Origin: Myxococcota bacterium
GTDB taxonomy: Bacteria > Myxococcota_A > UBA9160 > PR03
Length of the DNA stretch: 64,000 nucleotides
NCBI GenBank assembly: GCA_039794265.1
Contig: JBDIVR010000002.1
Coordinates: forward strand, 64,619 to 128,618
Direction: 5' to 3'
In this document: positions 1-9,492 of the stretch, piece after piece
Position numbering within the stretch: position 1 is the stretch's first letter
Layout of the letters: each line of letters starts with the position of its first letter
Made by a program: the position numbers and the translations under genes
The notes under the pieces: model-generated
Seen by the model: the letters and a program-made list of their open reading frames with translations, nothing else
Told to the model about the DNA's origin: nothing
The model's database searches: none

Positions 1-253
1 AAATGTCGCTCGGATCCGCATCTCGTCTCGCACCGATGGAGGCCTTGCCGGTCGCGTCGGCGTGGCTACCCGATCGGCGAACCGGTTCTCGGCCTGAATG
101 AAAGCCGCGCCCAGAAGTGCAGCCGTCGGTCCGAACCCCTCCCGGCGAGTACGGACAGGAAGGAGGGCCGGTGACATCGAAGGCGTGCGATCGCCGATCC
201 TACTGTCACCCAACGACGGCCCGGCGCGTAGAGGCAGGGAAGAAGGAGCACCC

Positions 254-367
254 ATGTCTCGTCGCGTCCTCACTCTCGTCCTCGCGGTCATCGCAGCTCA
301 GATCTCGATCGCCCACCATGCGCTGGCAGCGGATGCCGTGCGGGTACGGTTTCTCGCCGGGCGATAG
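254..367 (+). CDS. 37-codon ORF encoding a signal-peptide-like micropeptide (hypothetical)
   Basis: ATG at 254 lies 5 nt after GAAGGAG. The peptide is MSRRVLTLVLAVIAAQISIAHHALA/ADAVRVRFLAGR. It is in frame inside track ORF 98..367. No family recognised. Confidence 0.25.
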   Translation: MSRRVLTLVLAVIAAQISIAHHALAADAVRVRFLAGR

Positions 368-423
368 CCGGCGCGAGTCAGCGACGCATTCGCGTGGTCG
401 AACGGAAGCAAGGGAGAGCGCGC

Positions 424-1179
424 ATGCCGTTTCCCGGAGCGGAGGAGACCGCAGCGCGCGAGGGACTCGAAGCGATCGGCTGGACCGGCCTTCCGATCAG
501 CGACGAGGAAAGGGCTGTCCGCATCGACCGGGAGGTCCGGGAGGGATTCGCGCTTCTCGGGGACGTGGAGCCGGCCGTTTCGTTCTTCGGCTCCGCTCGC
601 GCACGAGAGGGCACGCCTTCCTACGAATCTGCCCGCGAGATCGCTTGCGCCGTCGCGCAGGCGGGGTTCAACGTGCTGACGGGGGGAGGCCCCGGTGTGA
701 TGGAAGCAGCGAGTCGCGGCTGTCTCGACGCTGGGGGCGAAGCTGTCGGTCTCAACATCGCGCTACCGTTCGAGCAGAAACTGAATCCCTTTCTCAGCCG
801 GAGCCTCACGTTTCGGTACTTCTTCGTGCGAAAGCTGATGTTCGTGAAGCATTCCTGCGCATTTCTCATCTTTCCGGGCGGTTTCGGGACGCTGGACGAG
901 GCATTCGAGGCTCTCACGCTCATCCAGACCCACAAGATCCCACACTTCCCGGTTCTTCTCTTCGGCGGTGATTTCTGGGAAGGGACGTACCAGCAGCTGC
1001 GGACGATGGAAGCCCAGGGGCTCGTGTCTCCGGACGCCGTCTCCCGGCTCGTTCCGGTCGACACGGTGGAGCAGACGGTCGAGATTCTCCGATCCTGCCA
1101 CGAAGGGCTCTGTAGGACGCTTCACAAGCCGCCTCTGGTGACGCGCGAGAGATTTCCCCCCGCGCGTCCACGGGCGTGA
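424..1179 (+). CDS. LOG family protein (TIGR00730-type, cytokinin riboside 5'-monophosphate phosphoribohydrolase-like)
   Basis: Track ORF 394..1179. Motifs GGGPGVMEA and PGGFGTLDE are present. ATG 424 follows AGGGAGAG; GTG 394 is an alternative start. Confidence 0.85.
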   Translation: MPFPGAEETAAREGLEAIGWTGLPISDEERAVRIDREVREGFALLGDVEPAVSFFGSARAREGTPSYESAREIACAVAQAGFNVLTGGGPGVMEAASRGCLDAGGEAVGLNIALPFEQKLNPFLSRSLTFRYFFVRKLMFVKHSCAFLIFPGGFGTLDEAFEALTLIQTHKIPHFPVLLFGGDFWEGTYQQLRTMEAQGLVSPDAVSRLVPVDTVEQTVEILRSCHEGLCRTLHKPPLVTRERFPPARPRA

Positions 1180-2567
1180 GCTTCGAGGCGAGGAGATTCG
1201 GGCCCATGGAGGATCGCGCGGTAGTCGTGCTTCGACATCGCCTGCTGGCCGTCGGCGCGATGGGGATCGCCGTCGCCGGCCTTTGGACATTCACGGCCTC
1301 CCCGGCCCGCGCGCAGCCGGCCTCGGGACAGGCAGCGCCGGTGACGGAGGCGGATCTCCTCGCGAATCCCTCGCTCGATACGGTGGTGCAATACGCGACG
1401 CTGCACAACCCGGGGATTCGCGCTGCGCGCTTCGAATGGGAGGCCGCGCGGGAGCGGATCACGTCGCAGAGCTGGTACGAGAACCCGACGGTCACCTACA
1501 CGCCGAACACCGGGGCCATGTCCGAAACGCGTGCCGGACCACAGGGCAACGGCGTCGAGGTCTCTCAGGCCATCCCCTTCCCGGGCAAGCTCACGCTCCG
1601 CGGCCGCATCGAGGAAGCGCGAGCCGACGCGACGCGCGAGGTCCTCGAGGCGACGGTGCAGGAGATCTCGCGTCAGGTTCGCGCGCGCTATGCAGATTAT
1701 TTCCTCGCCGGCCGCTCGCTCGATATCAACGACGAGATCACCGCTCTCACGCACCAATTCGCCGATATCGCGCAGTCGAAATATGGCGTGGGGACCGCGG
1801 CGCAGCAGGATGTGATCCTCGCGCAGGAGCAGCTGAGCCGGCTGGCGACGGAGCGGGTGATGTTCGAGGGGGACTTCGAGACGGCGATCGGAGCCCTGAA
1901 CGCGCTCCTCGATCGAACCCCCCGCGCTTCGCTGGGCCGTCCCGCGGATCTGGATGCGGAGCTTCTTGCCGTTCCTCTCGAACGCCTCGTCACGGTAGCC
2001 GACCAGCAGCGGCCGGAGCTCCGCTCTCAAGACCACGTCATCGAGGCGAGCCGGCACGCTCTGCGACTCGCTCGGATGGGCTACCTGCCCGACCTCCGAC
2101 TCGGAGGCCAGTGGATCGAGGTCCAGGGCGGTACGAACGCGGCTTTCCGGCGCGATGGCGACGACGTCTGGATGGTCAAGCTCGGCTTCTCGATCCCGCT
2201 GTGGCTGAACCGGATCGGTGCCGAGGTCGACGAGATGGACGCCCGGAGGAAGCGAGAGGAGTCCCGTCGGCGCGACCTCGCGAACCAGGTCATGGACCAG
2301 GTGCAGCGCCAGTACGAGCGCGTGCGCGTTGCTGCGCGCAACGAGGAGATCTACCGGGCGACGCTCATCCCGCAGACGACGGAACGCATCGCCGCGGCGC
2401 GCGCTGGCTACCAGACGGGGGGCGTGGACTTCCTCACGCTGATCGACAGCCTGCGCTCGCTCGAGGAAGTCCGTCTCCAGCGGGACCGCGCAGTGCGCGA
2501 CTATCAGCAGGCCGTTGCGGATCTCGAGCGCGCCGTCGGCCAACCCCTTGCGAACCTGGCGCCATAG
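1176..2567 (+). CDS. cusC: TolC-family outer membrane efflux protein (CusC-like)
   Basis: 463-aa ORF with OMF-type repeats and a signal-like LLAVGAMGIAVAGLWTFTASPARA. GTG 1176 overlaps the LOG stop (GTGA); ATG 1206 is an alternative start. It is the first gene of an OMF-MFP-RND triad. Confidence 0.8.
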   Translation: MSFEARRFGPMEDRAVVVLRHRLLAVGAMGIAVAGLWTFTASPARAQPASGQAAPVTEADLLANPSLDTVVQYATLHNPGIRAARFEWEAARERITSQSWYENPTVTYTPNTGAMSETRAGPQGNGVEVSQAIPFPGKLTLRGRIEEARADATREVLEATVQEISRQVRARYADYFLAGRSLDINDEITALTHQFADIAQSKYGVGTAAQQDVILAQEQLSRLATERVMFEGDFETAIGALNALLDRTPRASLGRPADLDAELLAVPLERLVTVADQQRPELRSQDHVIEASRHALRLARMGYLPDLRLGGQWIEVQGGTNAAFRRDGDDVWMVKLGFSIPLWLNRIGAEVDEMDARRKREESRRRDLANQVMDQVQRQYERVRVAARNEEIYRATLIPQTTERIAAARAGYQTGGVDFLTLIDSLRSLEEVRLQRDRAVRDYQQAVADLERAVGQPLANLAP

Positions 2568-2584
2568 GTTCGGGCGGATCCTCG

Positions 2585-3961
2585 ATGAGCAAGGTCATAC
2601 TCTTCCTCGTGTCGACGCTGATCGCGGCCGTGTGGCTCGGCTGCTCGGAGGATGTGCCCGGCCCGGATTCGGAAGCCGGAGGCGCCGCTCCGGCGGAGAG
2701 CGAGCGCAAGATCGCGTACTGGAAATCGCCGATGGATCCGACTTTCATCGCGAAAGGTCCCGGCAAGGACTCGATGGGCATGGACCTCGTGCCGGTCTAT
2801 GCGGAAGAGGCAGCGGCGGGGCCACCTGGGACCGTGCGGATCGATCCGGCGACGATCCAGAACATCGGCGTCACCAGCACGGTGATCGAGCGCAAGCACC
2901 TCACGCACGAGATCCGCACCGTCGCGCGCATCGGCTACGACGAGACGACGGTCCGCCGGATCGCTCCGAAGATCGGCGGCTGGATCGAGCAGCAGCACGT
3001 GAACTTTGCCGGGGAGATCGTGGCGCGCGGCGAACCGCTGCTGGAGATCTACAGCCCCGAGCTGGTCTCGACGCAGGAGGAGTACCTGGTGGCGCTCCGC
3101 TATCGCGACCGGCTGCGCGAGAGCACGTTGCCGGCTGCCGGCCAGGGAGCCGTCGACCTCGTGCGCGCGGCCGAGACGCGACTCCGCTACTGGAACATCA
3201 GCGACCGCCAGATCGATGCGCTGCGCGAGCGCGGCGAGATCACGCGGACCATGGTGCTCTACGCACCGTTCCGCGGCGTGGTGGTCGAGCGCGAGATCCC
3301 CGAAGGCGGATTCCTGCAGCCGGGACAGACCGTCTACCGGATCGCGGATCTCTCGCGCGTGTGGGTCTACGCCAACGTCTACGAGTACGAGGCGCCCTGG
3401 CTGCGCGCCGGCCAGGAGGCGACGATGACGCTGGCCTACGAGCCGGGGGTCACGTATTCCGGAACGCTCGCGTATGTGTACCCCTACCTCGACAAGAAGA
3501 CGCGGACGATCGAGGTGCGCATGGAGTTTCCGAACTCTCCGGCGCTCGATCTCAAGCCCGACATGTGGGCCAATGTCACGCTTCATGCCGAGGTGGCGCG
3601 CGATGCGCTCGCCGTACCGATCCAGTCGGTCATCCGCACCGGAGAAAGCGATGTCGCGTTCGTCGCGCTCGAGGGAGGCCGCTTCGAGCCGCGCAAACTG
3701 CGCCTCGGCGCACAGGCGGGCGACGAGTTCGAGGTCCTCGAAGGACTCGAGGAGGGCGAGCGGATCGTCACCTCCGCGCAGTTCCTCATCAACTCCGAGA
3801 GCAGTCTCCAGTCCGCGATTCGCAAGATGGTGGGCGTGGATGCGGCGCCGGCACCCGCGCCGACAGCGGGAGGCGATGCGGCGGCAAAGGAGGAAACGCC
3901 GCCGGCCTCCCCCGCCGAGGCGGCTCCGGCCGCTGACCACTCCGGCCACGGTCAGGAGTAG
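2585..3961 (+). CDS. cusB: Efflux RND periplasmic adaptor (CusB-like membrane fusion lipoprotein)
   Basis: ATG 2585 within track ORF 1283..3961. Lipobox AAVWLGC. N-terminal KIAYWKSPMDP...MGMDLVPVY resembles the CusB metal-binding N-terminus. HlyD-type barrel-sandwich sequence follows. Confidence 0.85.
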   Translation: MSKVILFLVSTLIAAVWLGCSEDVPGPDSEAGGAAPAESERKIAYWKSPMDPTFIAKGPGKDSMGMDLVPVYAEEAAAGPPGTVRIDPATIQNIGVTSTVIERKHLTHEIRTVARIGYDETTVRRIAPKIGGWIEQQHVNFAGEIVARGEPLLEIYSPELVSTQEEYLVALRYRDRLRESTLPAAGQGAVDLVRAAETRLRYWNISDRQIDALRERGEITRTMVLYAPFRGVVVEREIPEGGFLQPGQTVYRIADLSRVWVYANVYEYEAPWLRAGQEATMTLAYEPGVTYSGTLAYVYPYLDKKTRTIEVRMEFPNSPALDLKPDMWANVTLHAEVARDALAVPIQSVIRTGESDVAFVALEGGRFEPRKLRLGAQAGDEFEVLEGLEEGERIVTSAQFLINSESSLQSAIRKMVGVDAAPAPAPTAGGDAAAKEETPPASPAEAAPAADHSGHGQE

Positions 3962-3966
3962 GCCGG

Positions 3967-6900
3967 GTGCTCCAGAAGATCATCGAAGCTTCCGTCCGCA
4001 ACCAGTTCCTGGTGATCCTCGCGACGGTGGCGACGATCGGCGCCGGCGTCTACGCGTTCCGCAACATCCCGGTCGATGCACTCCCCGACGTGAGCGACGT
4101 CCAGGTCATCATCTTCACCGAGTGGCCGGGCCAGCCGCCCCAGATCGTCGAAGACCAGGTCACCTATCCGCTCACGACGACGATGCTCGCCGTGGCCAAC
4201 GCGAAGGTCGTGCGCGGCTATTCGTTCTTCGGTCTTTCGTTCGTCTATGTGATCTTCGACGATGGCACCGACATCTATTGGGCGCGCAGTCGCGTGCTGG
4301 AGTACCTGAGCTTCGTCCAGAACCAGCTGCCTGCTGGGGTGACGCCCGTCCTGGGTCCCGACGCGACGCCCGTCGGATGGGTCTTCGAGTACGCGCTCGT
4401 CGATCGCTCCGGCCAGCACGACCTCTCGGAGCTGCGCAGCATCCAGGACTGGTACGTGCGCTACCAGCTCCAGACGGTGCCCGGCGTCGCCAACGTCGCG
4501 ACGGCCGGTGGCTTCGTGAAGCAATACCAGGTGACGATCGATCCCAATCGCCTGCTGGCCTACGACATACCGCTGGCGAAGGTCGTCCACGCGATCCGTC
4601 GCAGCAACAACGATGTGGGCGGCCGCGTCGTCGAGTATGCGGAAGCCGAGTACATGGTGGAGGGGATCGGCTACCTCGAGAACGTCGCGGACATCGAGAA
4701 CATCCCGGTGGGAGTGGACGAGAACGGCGCCCCGATCCTCGTACGCGAGATCGCGAGCGTGGGCATCGGGCCCGACATCCGCAGGGGGGCGGCGCAGCTC
4801 GACAACGACGGCGAAGTGGTCATCGGCATCATCGAGATGCGCTACTGGAACAATGCCCTCGCCGTGATCGAGCGCGTGAAGGAGAAGATCGCGTCCCTGG
4901 AAGCGGGCCTTCCGGACGGCGTCGAGATCGTTCCGATCTACGATCGCTCGGCATTGATCGGGCGCGCCCAGTCGATGCTCCGCACGAAGCTGCTCGAGGA
5001 GAGCATCATCGTCGCCGTGGTGTGCGTCGTATTCCTGCTCCACCTCCGCTCGGCATTCGTCGCGATCCTCACGCTTCCCGTCGGAATCCTCGCCGCCATG
5101 GCGATCATGAACGCCCAGGGACTCGTGGCGAACATCATGTCGCTCGGAGGCATCGCGATCGCCATCGGCGCCATGGTGGACGGCGCCATCGTGATGATCG
5201 AGAACGCGCACAAGCATCTGGAGCGCGATCGCGGCAAGAAGCCGCACTGGGAGATCATCGTCGACTCGACCAAGGAAGTCGGCCCCCCGCTGTTCTTCTC
5301 GCTGATGATCATCGCGGTCTCCTTCCTTCCCGTGTTCGCGCTGACGGGACAGTCGGGTCGCATGTTCTCGCCGCTCGCGTTCACCAAGACCTACGCCATG
5401 GCGGCTTCGGCCGTGCTGGCGATCACGCTGGTGCCCGTGATGATGGGGTACCTGATCCGTGGGAAGATCCTCCCCGAAGCGAGGAACCCCATCAACCGTG
5501 CGCTGATGTGGGCCTATCGTCCGGTTCTCCGCTGGGCCCTAAGATTGCGCTGGGTCGTGCTCGGACTCGCCGTCGCGCTGTTGGCGCTGACCTGGCTTCC
5601 GTACTCGCAGCTGGGCTCGGAGTTCATCCCTCCGCTCAACGAAGGCGACCTGCTCTACATGCCGTCGCTGCTTCCGGGCGTCTCCATCACCGAAGCGCAG
5701 GCCGTCGCACAGCGGACCAACCGCTTGATCATGACGGTGCCCGAGGTAAAGCATGCGCTGGCCAAAGTCGGCCGCGCGCGCACCCCGCTCGATCCCGCCC
5801 CCCTTTCGATGCTCGAGACCACCGTGGTGCTGAAGCCCGAAGAGGAGTGGCGGCCGGGGATGACGATCGAACGGCTCACGACCGAGCTCGACGATCTGAT
5901 CCATTTTCCCGGCGTGACCAACGCCTGGACGATGCCCATCAAGACGCGCATCGACATGCTCTCGACGGGGATCAAGACGCCCGTCGGCATCAAGCTCACG
6001 GGTCCCGACCTGGGGGTTCTCGAGCAGCTGGGGGCCCAGGTCGAGCCGCTGGTCCGCGATCTTCCCGGCACCCGGAGCGTCTATGCCGAACGGGTCGCCG
6101 GAGGCTACTACCTGTCGTTCGTGGTCAAACGGCTCGAGGCGGCCCGCTACGGACTGACGGTCCAGGACGTCCTCGACGTGATCCAATCGGCCATCGGCGG
6201 CATGAATGTGACGACGACGATCGAGGGGCTCGAGCGCTATCCGCTGAACGTCCGCTACGCGCGCGATCTGCGTCAGAACCCCGAGGCCCTGCGCCGCGTT
6301 CTGCTGGCTACCCCCACCGGCGCGCAGGTCCCGCTGGGCCAGGTTGCGGACATCGCGCCGCGCCGGGGCCCCCCGTCCATCAAGACGGAGGGAGCCCAGC
6401 CCCAGGCCTGGATCTACGTCGACATCGAGCCGGACCAGGATCTCGGCGGCTACGTCGAACGCGCCCAGCAGGCCGTGTCCGCGGGACTAAAGCTGCCCGA
6501 GGGATACACGCTGCAGTGGAGCGGGCAGTATCAGTACATCCAGGAAGCCAGCGGGAGGCTGCGAACGGTCGTCCCGATCACGCTGCTGATCATCTTCCTA
6601 CTGCTCTACCTGAACTTTCGGAATGTCACAGAGGCGTTGATCGTCATGCTGTCGGTGCCGTTCGCCGTGGTCGGCGGCATCTGGTTCCTCTGGTTGCTCG
6701 GCTACAACATCAGCGTCGCGGTGATGGTCGGGTTCATCGCGCTCGCTGGCGTCGCGGCGGAGACCGGCGTGGTGATGATCATCTACCTCGACCACGCGTT
6801 CGAAGCCCGACGCCGACAGAATCCGCGGATGACCGTACAGGAGCTCTACGAGGCGATCATGGAGGGGGCCGTCGAGCGCGTGCGCCCGAAGATGATGACC

Positions 6901-7128
6901 GTGACGGCGATCATCGCAGGGTTGCTGCCGATCATGTGGAGCAACGAAGCCGGCGCACGGGTGATGAAGCGCATCGCCGCCCCCATGATCGGCGGCATGA
7001 TTTCGTCCACCGTGCTGACTCTGATCCTCATCCCGATCGTCTACGAGATCTGGCGGAACTGGCAGCTCCGGGCCGAGTCGAGGCCAAAGAAGGACCGAGC
7101 CGAGCCGGCCGCGGCGGGGAGGGCTTGA
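3967..7128 (+). CDS. cusA: Heavy-metal efflux RND pump, CusA family (Cu(I)/Ag(I))
   Basis: 1053-aa ORF colinear with CusA. The three-Met relay contexts are conserved (DLLYMPS, LSMLETT, IDMLSTGIKTP). Confidence 0.93.
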   Translation: MLQKIIEASVRNQFLVILATVATIGAGVYAFRNIPVDALPDVSDVQVIIFTEWPGQPPQIVEDQVTYPLTTTMLAVANAKVVRGYSFFGLSFVYVIFDDGTDIYWARSRVLEYLSFVQNQLPAGVTPVLGPDATPVGWVFEYALVDRSGQHDLSELRSIQDWYVRYQLQTVPGVANVATAGGFVKQYQVTIDPNRLLAYDIPLAKVVHAIRRSNNDVGGRVVEYAEAEYMVEGIGYLENVADIENIPVGVDENGAPILVREIASVGIGPDIRRGAAQLDNDGEVVIGIIEMRYWNNALAVIERVKEKIASLEAGLPDGVEIVPIYDRSALIGRAQSMLRTKLLEESIIVAVVCVVFLLHLRSAFVAILTLPVGILAAMAIMNAQGLVANIMSLGGIAIAIGAMVDGAIVMIENAHKHLERDRGKKPHWEIIVDSTKEVGPPLFFSLMIIAVSFLPVFALTGQSGRMFSPLAFTKTYAMAASAVLAITLVPVMMGYLIRGKILPEARNPINRALMWAYRPVLRWALRLRWVVLGLAVALLALTWLPYSQLGSEFIPPLNEGDLLYMPSLLPGVSITEAQAVAQRTNRLIMTVPEVKHALAKVGRARTPLDPAPLSMLETTVVLKPEEEWRPGMTIERLTTELDDLIHFPGVTNAWTMPIKTRIDMLSTGIKTPVGIKLTGPDLGVLEQLGAQVEPLVRDLPGTRSVYAERVAGGYYLSFVVKRLEAARYGLTVQDVLDVIQSAIGGMNVTTTIEGLERYPLNVRYARDLRQNPEALRRVLLATPTGAQVPLGQVADIAPRRGPPSIKTEGAQPQAWIYVDIEPDQDLGGYVERAQQAVSAGLKLPEGYTLQWSGQYQYIQEASGRLRTVVPITLLIIFLLLYLNFRNVTEALIVMLSVPFAVVGGIWFLWLLGYNISVAVMVGFIALAGVAAETGVVMIIYLDHAFEARRRQNPRMTVQELYEAIMEGAVERVRPKMMTVTAIIAGLLPIMWSNEAGARVMKRIAAPMIGGMISSTVLTLILIPIVYEIWRNWQLRAESRPKKDRAEPAAAGRA

Positions 7129-7177
7129 CCCGGCACCCGGGTGCGGGCCGTACGCTCGGTCGACAGGGGAGAGGACG

Positions 7178-7522
7178 ATGAATGGAATCCCGCGAAGAGC
7201 CCGAGCTGCATTCTGCGCGCTCCTCGGGCTCGCCGCCATCACTGTGACAGCCGCGAATGCCGTGAACGAGGCCGAGCCAGCGGCCCGCTATGCGCTGCGA
7301 GTCGACGGACTGGCGTGTCCGTTCTGCGTCTACGGCCTCGAGAAGAAGCTCCGCTCGCTCCCAGGCGTCGAGCGCGTCGAGACGAACCTCGAGGATGGCG
7401 TCGTACTCGTCGTTCTGCGCGAGGGCGCCGCGCTCGAAGAGGCCGCCGCGAGACAGGCGGTCCGCGACGCAGGCTTCAGCCTCGATGGCTTCGAGCGGGT
7501 GGCATCGGGCCGAGGACCGTGA
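7178..7522 (+). CDS. Exported heavy-metal-associated (HMA) domain protein, MerP/CopZ-like
   Basis: Signal peptide (AAFCALLGLAAITVTAANA) is followed by an HMA fold with GLACPFC metal-binding loop. GGAGAGGA precedes the ATG. Confidence 0.8.
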   Translation: MNGIPRRARAAFCALLGLAAITVTAANAVNEAEPAARYALRVDGLACPFCVYGLEKKLRSLPGVERVETNLEDGVVLVVLREGAALEEAAARQAVRDAGFSLDGFERVASGRGP

Positions 7523-8454
7523 TCCACTCCTCCGCCGGGGAAGCCGGGCTTCGTGCCCGCCTCCACGTCCTCTGCGTTGCGCTCGCCGGGGCGCTGGCAT
7601 CGCTTCCGGGAACGACGCATGGCGCCCCGCAGACCTTCGACACGGCGCTGCCGGTGGCGAAGGGGGAGTTCGTCATCCGCGGGCAACTCGTCGCGGTCCG
7701 GGCGAGCGACGATCCGAGCCCGGCGGACCGGAAGCTCGAAGTCGTCGGCGGCGGCGTCGTCGCCGGATACGGCGCGACCAGCAAGCTCGCGCTGTTCGGC
7801 GCGCTCCCCACCCTCCGCAAGACGCTGGACGTCGCGGCCGGTGGCCAGCGGATCACGCGCCGCACGACCGGCATCGGCGATGCGCGGGTGTTCGCCCGCT
7901 ACACGGCGTTTCAGCGCGACGGTCGCGGCCGGAGTCTGCGCATCGCTCCGATCCTGGGTCTCGAGCTGCCGACCGGGGACGACCACGATCGGGACGGCCT
8001 CGGTCGTCTGCCCGCCTCGCTCCAACTGGGCTCCGGCTCGTGGGATCCGTTCGCCGGGGTCGTCGCGACCTATCAAACGCTCGCCTACCAGGTCGACGCG
8101 CAGATCGGCTATCAGGCCAACACGAAGGGCGACGACGTCGAACTCGGCGACGAGCTGCGGCTCGATGTGTCGCTCCAGTACCGCCTCTGGCCGCGAGCGC
8201 TCGTTTCCGGCGTGCCCGGATTCCTCTACGGCGTCGTCGAGGCGAACCTGCGCCACCGAGACGAGGACGAGATTCGCGGCGACGAGGATCCGGACTCCGG
8301 GGGCACGACGCTCTTCCTCTCGCCGGGACTGCAGTACGTGACCAGACGCTGGGTACTCGAGGCGGTCGTCCAGTTGCCCATCGTGCAGGATCTCGGCGGC
8401 AGCGCGCTCGAGGACGACTATACGGTGCGCGCTGGATTTCGCGTGAACTTCTGA
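7519..8454 (+). CDS. Outer-membrane beta-barrel protein (MetA-pathway/'transporter'-like family)
   Basis: GTG 7519 overlaps the HMA gene stop (GTGA). Signal peptide ends ...LASLPGTTHG/AP. Alternating beta-strand pattern. C-terminal GFRVNF with terminal Phe. Confidence 0.6.
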   Translation: MIHSSAGEAGLRARLHVLCVALAGALASLPGTTHGAPQTFDTALPVAKGEFVIRGQLVAVRASDDPSPADRKLEVVGGGVVAGYGATSKLALFGALPTLRKTLDVAAGGQRITRRTTGIGDARVFARYTAFQRDGRGRSLRIAPILGLELPTGDDHDRDGLGRLPASLQLGSGSWDPFAGVVATYQTLAYQVDAQIGYQANTKGDDVELGDELRLDVSLQYRLWPRALVSGVPGFLYGVVEANLRHRDEDEIRGDEDPDSGGTTLFLSPGLQYVTRRWVLEAVVQLPIVQDLGGSALEDDYTVRAGFRVNF

Positions 8455-8473
8455 TGGGGATGGCGAAGGGAGC

Positions 8474-9463
8474 TTGCTCGTGAGAGGACACAGGGCGCTG
8501 GCCGTTCTGGGCCGCGTCGCCGCCGGCATCGGGATCGCGGCGTTTGCTGCCTGGATCGCGTTCGTGCCGTCGCCACGGGAGCCCGGCTACGAGTTCGTGG
8601 GAACCTGGGGTGTGCCGGGCTCCGGACCGGGACAGTTCCGCGATCCGACCGGCATCGCCGTCGCGGACGGCGAGGTCTTCGTCGCGGACTCCCGCAACGG
8701 CCGCATCCAGGTCTTCGATCCGAGCGGGGCCTTCGTGCGCGAATTCGGCGCGGCCCGCGGCGAGCCGGGCGGGCTCGGTCGTCCGATGAACTTGGTGATT
8801 CGCGGAGCGGAGCTGTTCGTGCCGGAGTATTTCGACGACCGCATCCAGGTCTTCGATTTGCGCGGCGCAGCCCGGCGGACGCTCGGCGGACCGGGCACCG
8901 AGCCGGGTCGATTCGACGGGCCGGGCGGGGTGGCGGTCGGGTCGGATGGCTCGATCTTCGTCGCAGATTTCTACAACCACCGAGTCCAGAAGCTCTCCGC
9001 GCGAGGAGAGCCGATCCGGCAGTGGGGTACGACGCGGCGCGCGGGGCTCTCGGCGGGCCAGTTCCGCTATCCGACGGCCGTCGCCGTCGATGCCGACGGC
9101 GCCCTGTTCGTCGCGGACGGCTACAACGACCGGATCCAAGTCTTTTCAGCGACCGGCGCCTTCGTGCGCAAGTGGGGAGGACCGCTGGCGCTCGGCATCC
9201 CGGGGCCCTTCCCGGGCTGGTTCCGAACCGTCTCCAGCATCGCGATCGGGCCCGACAGGAGCGTGTTCGCGGCCGACTTCTTCAACCATCGGATCCAGAA
9301 GTTCCGCGCCGATGGCACGTTCCGGACGGCGTTCGGACGGCCGGGCAGCGGCCCGGGCGAGTTCCGCCATCCGGTCGGCGTCGCGGTCGGTCCCGAGGGC
9401 GACGTGTTCGTCGCCGATTTCGGGAATCAGCGCGTCCAGCGCTGGCGCTCGACGGAGCGCTGA
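8474..9463 (+). CDS. Membrane-anchored NHL-repeat beta-propeller protein
   Basis: N-terminal TM helix, then six repeats of the G.F..P.GIAVD..G.VFVAD..N.RIQ.F type. Confidence 0.8.
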   Translation: MLVRGHRALAVLGRVAAGIGIAAFAAWIAFVPSPREPGYEFVGTWGVPGSGPGQFRDPTGIAVADGEVFVADSRNGRIQVFDPSGAFVREFGAARGEPGGLGRPMNLVIRGAELFVPEYFDDRIQVFDLRGAARRTLGGPGTEPGRFDGPGGVAVGSDGSIFVADFYNHRVQKLSARGEPIRQWGTTRRAGLSAGQFRYPTAVAVDADGALFVADGYNDRIQVFSATGAFVRKWGGPLALGIPGPFPGWFRTVSSIAIGPDRSVFAADFFNHRIQKFRADGTFRTAFGRPGSGPGEFRHPVGVAVGPEGDVFVADFGNQRVQRWRSTER

Positions 9464-9492
9464 CGCTCTGCCGATGCGTCGCCGCGACGGGC

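Noticed and set aside
1-253. A riboswitch or structured leader at the left edge.
   Set aside because: - I could not match the sequence to any riboswitch consensus I know (glycine, cobalamin, TPP, NiCo, c-di-GMP).
- The region is truncated by the window boundary.
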